DNA from: a virus
Virus record (IMG/VR): IMGVR_UViG_3300029305_000912
DNA: 45,975 bases
Direction: 5' to 3' (one strand)
Position 1 is the first letter of the stretch. Each line of letters starts with the position of its first letter. The position numbers and the translations under genes were made by a program. Under the pieces are notes generated by a model that did not search any database, had not been told where the DNA came from, and was given only the letters and a program-made list of their open reading frames with translations. Shown piece after piece: positions 41,783-45,975 of this stretch.

Positions 41783-43321
41783 ATGGAAGTATATATCATG
41801 TACCTGCGAAAATCGCAGATGGACAGGGATTTTGAAGAATTGTCTGTGGAAGAAACATTGAAGCGTCATGAAGTAACACTGACGGAATTCTGTGAAAAAA
41901 ACAATCTGATGGTGGATGTGGTTCTTAAGGAAGTTGTTTCAGGTGAAGCGTTATCATCCAGACCACAAATGATGAAGGTATTGGAACTGGTCAATACGGG
42001 GAAATATGCAGGTGTTATTTGTATGGATATTGACCGCCTTTCCCGTGGATCATCCGTTGATTCTGGTTATATTATGCAGGTTTTGCAACTTAATGATTGT
42101 AAGATTGTTACACCAAATAAAACGTATGACCTTTTAAATGAAACGGATGAACAGTTTGCAGATATGAAGTTCATGTTCTCCCGTTACGAACTTTCTACAA
42201 TCCGCAAACGTCTAATTGCAGGACGTGATACGTCAGTTAAAGAAGGACGTTTTATGGGTTCTACTGCACCATATGGTTATAAAATTGTTAAACTCAAAGG
42301 TGAAAAAGGAAATACGTTAGAAGTTATTCCTGAAGAAGCACAGGTTGTCCGTATGATTTTTGATTGGTATACACAGGACGGTCTTGGTATAGGTCAGATT
42401 GCAGACAAATTGACCAATCTTCACATCAAACCAAGAAAAGTGAAAGAATGGTCACCAGAAGTTGTACGAAAGATGTTACTAAATGAACATTACATTGGAA
42501 AATTACCATGGAAAAAACACGTTGTGGGTAAGAAGTTTGTTGATGGTCAACTGACTAAGAAAAGATGTGCAAACGAAAATTATGAAATCCATGATGGTAG
42601 ACAGGAACCTATCATATCAGAAGAACAATTTGAATTAGCACAGCAGGTACGTCAAAGCAACAACACACGTCCTGTAAAAGTAGATTTTGAAATAGCAAAT
42701 CCACTTGGTGGATTGTTACATTGTGGACACTGCGGATCCAAAATGAAAAGGGTGACACCATCAATAAAGAATCCAAATGCAAAACCACGTTTCAAATGTA
42801 GTAGATCAAAAAGATGTGGGTGTAAATCTCATTATTTAGATGAAGTTGAAAAAGCTATTGTAAATGAAATGAAAGAATGGTTGGCAGGATATATCATAGA
42901 ATTAGAACAAAATAATGATCATAAAGATGACGGATTGGAATTGTCTTTGGAACTATTGAAAAATCGTCTGGAAGATTTGTTTGAACAACAAGATGCCATT
43001 TGTGAACTGCATGAAAAGAAGGAATATTCAGATAGATTATTCCAACGAAGAAATGCCGCAATTGAAGCTGAAATTGATCAAGTGGAATCGGACATTGATG
43101 AACTGGAACAGAAACTATCTGAACAGAAAGAAGAAGCTGACATCAAATCAAGTATCATTCCAACATCACAATACCTGTTGGACAATTACGATAATCTAAC
43201 ACCAAAAGAAAAAAATGATATTTGGAAGTTGATTTTACACAAAGTAGATTATACAAAAACTGAAGTAGGAAAAGAATTTAACATCACAATTTATCCGAAA
43301 CTATCTAATAAACCCTTATAA
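41783..43321 (+). CDS. Large serine recombinase (phage integrase)
   Basis: 512 aa. The N-terminal resolvase-type catalytic segment is MEVYIMYLRKSQMD (Ser in RKS). The recombinase domain is followed by a zinc-ribbon motif (CGHCGSKM...CSRSKRCGC) and a long coiled coil. Confidence 0.85.
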   Translation: MEVYIMYLRKSQMDRDFEELSVEETLKRHEVTLTEFCEKNNLMVDVVLKEVVSGEALSSRPQMMKVLELVNTGKYAGVICMDIDRLSRGSSVDSGYIMQVLQLNDCKIVTPNKTYDLLNETDEQFADMKFMFSRYELSTIRKRLIAGRDTSVKEGRFMGSTAPYGYKIVKLKGEKGNTLEVIPEEAQVVRMIFDWYTQDGLGIGQIADKLTNLHIKPRKVKEWSPEVVRKMLLNEHYIGKLPWKKHVVGKKFVDGQLTKKRCANENYEIHDGRQEPIISEEQFELAQQVRQSNNTRPVKVDFEIANPLGGLLHCGHCGSKMKRVTPSIKNPNAKPRFKCSRSKRCGCKSHYLDEVEKAIVNEMKEWLAGYIIELEQNNDHKDDGLELSLELLKNRLEDLFEQQDAICELHEKKEYSDRLFQRRNAAIEAEIDQVESDIDELEQKLSEQKEEADIKSSIIPTSQYLLDNYDNLTPKEKNDIWKLILHKVDYTKTEVGKEFNITIYPKLSNKPL

Positions 43322-43349
43322 ATCAACGGGTTATATATTTTTAGTTTCA

Positions 43350-43397
43350 ATGGGTATCATCACACTTCACATGTGTGGTCGGTGTTATGATACCCAT
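43350..43397. promoter_or_regulatory. 48-bp imperfect palindrome downstream of the integrase gene (attP candidate or RNA hairpin)
   Basis: The sequence is atgggtatcatcacac ttcacatgtgtggtc ggtgttatgatacccat. The outer arms match at 15 of 16 positions and the inner part is imperfect. No T-run follows it. Confidence 0.35.
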
Positions 43398-43407
43398 AAT
43401 CACAGAA

Positions 43408-43440
43408 GGAACTGAACTTCGGTTCGGTTCCTTTTTATTT
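43408..43440 (+). terminator. Intrinsic terminator of the integrase transcript
   Basis: The stem pairs ggaactgaac with gttcggttcc around a ttcg loop, followed by tttttattt. Confidence 0.8.
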
Positions 43441-43489
43441 GTATAAAATATATAACACACTGGTTATAACTTTGTGAATTATGCGAATA

Positions 43490-43546
43490 TCTTTCATATA
43501 ACCCATGTGTTATAATATTGACATGATGAAAACACACCTAATATGT
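43490..43546 (+). promoter_or_regulatory. Candidate promoter(s) of the moron cassette
   Basis: There is an extended -10, TGtTATAAT (43508-43516). It overlaps a TTGACA (43518-43523) with TAATAT/ATATGT 15-17 nt downstream. Confidence 0.4.
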
Positions 43547-43563
43547 GAAAGGAAGTACACACC

Positions 43564-44346
43564 ATGAAGATTGAAACTTTGAAAGAACGCATTGAAAAAG
43601 CTGAACTGAAGATCAGCAAGAAGCAGAACACCATTGAAAAGAAGCAGAAGTCCATTGAAAAGAAATCCACTTATCTGATGACCAAATACGGTGTGGATCA
43701 CACCACCTTCAACAAGTACAATCGTGAAGGTCACGGTTGGAACGCAGAAGAAGACAATGATGTTTACTGGACACTGTGTGACATAGATTCCTTGGAAGAT
43801 GATATCATCAGACTGAACAAGGAAATTCCTGAAATTCAGAAGACCGTTGAAAAGTACAAAGGTCAGCTTGCAGGTGAAATTGAAAGGGAATCCATTTTCA
43901 TCAAGGAAGTTCCCGAAGTTATGAAGAACCTTGAAGATCAACTTGTTGTTGAATGGGACAGATGGGACATGGAAAGAAGGGAAAGACTTTCCAAGATTTA
44001 TAAGGAAGTTGGATATGACGCATTCTTCAAGGGAACCCCTGATCAGCATTACTGGAACAAGCACACTTACGCGGATTATCAGTTCATGTTCCTGACTGAC
44101 GAAGAAATCCACAACAGCAATGTGAAGTTTGCAAGACAGGAAGTTCTTGATCTGTATATCAGAGTAAAGGACGTTACTGGTGAAGTTACCGATTGGTCTT
44201 ATATCACACTGGAACAGGGAAATCAGTTCCCCATTCTGACTGGTGTGGTTGTTGGTAAAGAAGGTAAAGCATCCGTTGAAACCATCCTTGCAGGTGGTTA
44301 CAACATCCAAAGGCTTCACATCAGAACCTTGGTTCACAGCATCTAA
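43564..44346 (+). CDS. Hypothetical 260-aa protein with an N-terminal coiled coil (first gene of the moron cassette)
   Basis: The RBS GAAAGGAAG precedes the ATG. The product begins MKIETLKERIEKAELKISKKQNTIEKKQKSIEKK and ends ...ILAGGYNIQRLHIRTLVHSI. I recognise no catalytic motif. Confidence 0.55.
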   Translation: MKIETLKERIEKAELKISKKQNTIEKKQKSIEKKSTYLMTKYGVDHTTFNKYNREGHGWNAEEDNDVYWTLCDIDSLEDDIIRLNKEIPEIQKTVEKYKGQLAGEIERESIFIKEVPEVMKNLEDQLVVEWDRWDMERRERLSKIYKEVGYDAFFKGTPDQHYWNKHTYADYQFMFLTDEEIHNSNVKFARQEVLDLYIRVKDVTGEVTDWSYITLEQGNQFPILTGVVVGKEGKASVETILAGGYNIQRLHIRTLVHSI

Positions 44347-44356
44347 GTCAATCGAA

Positions 44357-44378
44357 GGGTGGGGATTCTTCCCCACCC
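44357..44378 (+). other. GC-rich intercistronic hairpin without a T-run
   Basis: gggtgggga (44357-44365) pairs with tccccaccc (44370-44378) around a 4-nt loop. It lies between the 260-aa gene and the next RBS. Confidence 0.6.
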
Positions 44379-44401
44379 CACTAAAGAAAGGAAAATGAAT
44401 C

Positions 44402-44659
44402 ATGTATTTGAAAAACTACGAAGTCACCAATTTGTTCAACGGTAAAGTTGATAATGTTCTTGCATATCACATGGAAGATGCAATGATTCGTTTTCTTTGT
44501 GATAGGTTTTTTCCTGAATTCACCCGTCCTTATGTTAGGGAACAAATCAAAAATAATGGTCTTTCTTCCGTTGCCCGTATCGGCACGTTGAAACCGAACC
44601 ACTTGATTTTTGAAAGTGCAAACTACATTGCAGAATGGGAATTTGTTTTGAAAGGATGA
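44402..44659 (+). CDS. Hypothetical 85-aa protein
   Basis: The RBS AAAGGAAAA precedes the ATG. I recognise no motif. Confidence 0.5.
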   Translation: MYLKNYEVTNLFNGKVDNVLAYHMEDAMIRFLCDRFFPEFTRPYVREQIKNNGLSSVARIGTLKPNHLIFESANYIAEWEFVLKG

Positions 44660-44665
44660 ATCAAT

Positions 44666-44818
44666 ATGAACGCACTGATAGACGCACTGAAAGAACTTGG
44701 AATATCGTCTGAACCAGTGCGTATACTCACACCTGAAAACCGCAACGTGTGGATTGTGGTGGTCAATGATGAATACTTTGGTTTGTGGGATTATAACCGC
44801 AACACCTTTGTTGATTAA
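44666..44818 (+). CDS. Hypothetical 50-aa protein (below the ORF-track cutoff)
   Basis: Translated by hand as MNALIDALKELGISSEPVRILTPENRNVWIVVVNDEYFGLWDYNRNTFVD. The RBS AAAGGA lies 9 nt upstream. Confidence 0.5.
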   Translation: MNALIDALKELGISSEPVRILTPENRNVWIVVVNDEYFGLWDYNRNTFVD

Positions 44819-44834
44819 AGAAAGGATGAATGAA

Positions 44835-45026
44835 ATGAACACAACAAAAGAAGGAAAATCAAAGGTTTCCAACTATCGTGTTTTATGGGAACACGAAGGG
44901 GATTTTGAATCCGATTATTGGCAAGCGTTAAACGCACAACAGGCAGTTGACTTCTGCCGTGAATATTCAATGCCTGAAGGCGCGAAAGTCATTGAAGTCG
45001 CAAAGGTGGTGAAAAACTGGAAATGA
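44835..45026 (+). CDS. Hypothetical 63-aa protein
   Basis: This is an internal ATG of track ORF 44697..45026. It has the same AAAGGATGAAT...ATG context as the previous gene and gives MNTTKEGKSKVSNYRVLWEHEGDFESDYWQALNAQQAVDF.... Confidence 0.45.
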   Translation: MNTTKEGKSKVSNYRVLWEHEGDFESDYWQALNAQQAVDFCREYSMPEGAKVIEVAKVVKNWK

Positions 45027-45190
45027 CAAGTGAAGCACAGAAAAAAGCAGTCAAGAAGTATAAAGAAAAAGTCAAGCGGATGACCGTTGAATTTCATCCG
45101 TCTGAAATGGAACTGTATGAACACATTCAGCAACAACCGAAGAAGCAGACCTATATCAAAGACTTGATCCGCGCTGACATGAAGAAATAA
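45023..45190 (+). CDS. Small basic protein, possibly ribbon-helix-helix-like (55 aa, below the ORF-track cutoff)
   Basis: Translated by hand as MTSEAQKKAVKKYKEKVKRMTVEFHPSEMELYEHIQQQPKKQTYIKDLIRADMKK. The ATG overlaps the upstream stop (ATGA). Confidence 0.45.
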   Translation: MTSEAQKKAVKKYKEKVKRMTVEFHPSEMELYEHIQQQPKKQTYIKDLIRADMKK

Positions 45191-45203
45191 CCTTATAAAA
45201 CAC

Positions 45204-45240
45204 AAAAAGTGGGGATCCATAACAGATCCCCACTTTCATT
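45204..45240. terminator. Bidirectional intrinsic terminator between the convergent moron cassette and the endolysin gene
   Basis: The stem pairs aagtggggatc with gatccccactt (45207-45235). T-runs follow on both strands. Confidence 0.8.
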
Positions 45241-45966
45241 TTACAGTAAATTTAAACGATCAAGAACAGCGGCAATCTGTTCACGGGTAACAGGACTTTT
45301 CGGTTTGGTACCGTCTAAGATACCTTTCTTCTTTGCCTTGTCCCATGCAGACTTTGCCCAAGAATCAACGGATTTCTTTTCCTTTGCCGCTTCGTATTCT
45401 TCAATGATTTTGATGACTTCTTCTTTGGTCATATCATCTTCCCCTTCCTGTATTTTGTTCCAGAATTCAGATTTCCACCGCGCATCATCTACCCAATAAG
45501 CAGGGCATTTCTTACCCGTAACATCAAAGTGTCGGATAATATGATTTGCAGGAATGTTGTATTTCTGCATTAGATGACGGGTCAGTTCCAATGCATTCTG
45601 AATGGTTTTTTCTGACGGATAGACAACACCGTTCTTCACATCATCACATAATTCTATGGAAATACTGTTTGCATTTACACATTTTCCGTAGAATTTTGCA
45701 CCCTTTGTATTAGGATATTTATTGCCGCCAACCGACCATGCAATGTAATTGTCAGGTACAGAATTAACGATATAATAACTATCCACAAAATAATGCGCTG
45801 ACGCTTTCACAATGTTATTGGCAAAATACTTGCCGTTGTTCTTTGCAGTGTCCCCATTATTACTGGTAAAGTGGATGACGATCCATTCAATTATGTCAGG
45901 ATTTCTGATACAACCATAATTACTTTTGTTGGCAAGATTCGTTTTAATCGGTACCATCTGCATCAC
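45241..45966 (-). CDS. Endolysin: N-acetylmuramoyl-L-alanine amidase (Amidase_2/PGRP fold) with a short SLH-like C-terminal segment
   Basis: 241 aa. The amidase-type sequences are IVIHFTSNNG...ASAHYFVD...SISIELC...IIRHFDVTGKKCP. The C-terminal sequence is SWAKSAWDKAKKKGILDGTKPKSPVTREQIAAVLDRL. Confidence 0.85.
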   Translation of the reverse strand: MMQMVPIKTNLANKSNYGCIRNPDIIEWIVIHFTSNNGDTAKNNGKYFANNIVKASAHYFVDSYYIVNSVPDNYIAWSVGGNKYPNTKGAKFYGKCVNANSISIELCDDVKNGVVYPSEKTIQNALELTRHLMQKYNIPANHIIRHFDVTGKKCPAYWVDDARWKSEFWNKIQEGEDDMTKEEVIKIIEEYEAAKEKKSVDSWAKSAWDKAKKKGILDGTKPKSPVTREQIAAVLDRLNLL

Positions 45967-45975
45967 AACCTTCTG
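45849..45975. repeat. Second copy of the 127-bp terminal repeat (identical to 1-127)
   Basis: Read directly. Confidence 0.95.

Overview
This window is a complete temperate tailed-phage genome. A 127-bp terminal overlap (1-127 is identical to 45849-45975) closes it into a circle with a unit length of 45,848 bp. The DNA is A+T-rich, with Firmicutes/Clostridia-style ribosome-binding sites (AAAGGAGG-like) and many ATGA-type translationally coupled junctions.

About 60 genes run on the minus strand as one early-to-late series:
- a Cro-like switch gene;
- a replication/recombination module (frameshifted SNF2 helicase, membrane-anchored lytic transglycosylase, VRR-NUC, Cas4-like nuclease fused to an AAA ATPase, DUF669, radical-SAM protein, family-B DNA polymerase, AEP/P4-type primase-helicase);
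- nucleotide metabolism (dUTPase, ThyX, NrdD, NrdG);
- a sigma-region-4-like late regulator;
- packaging genes (TerS, TerL, an inserted metallophosphoesterase, portal, and MuF with a long HExxH C-terminal extension);
- tRNA-Gln(UUG), then scaffold, capsid and connector genes;
- a PBSX/Xkd-type contractile tail and baseplate in canonical order, including a chaperone made by -1 frameshifting;
- a repeat-containing beta-helix tail fibre;
- three small membrane proteins and an amidase endolysin.

The plus strand carries the lysogeny module (cI-like repressor, a second HTH protein, a large serine integrase). It also carries a five-gene moron cassette of unknown function with its own promoter and terminator.

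The most unusual signal is non-coding. An 11-bp motif, TGTTCAAGGTG, occurs about 16 times and, by eye, only in two intergenic loci 18.7 kb apart (22.9 kb and 41.6 kb). The two loci share one architecture: paired motifs in inverted orientation around a ~100-bp A/T core. One locus ends 21 nt upstream of the late-regulator start codon and the other ends 22 nt upstream of the integrase start codon.

All functional calls rest on motifs read from the supplied translations and on gene order. No database search was possible.
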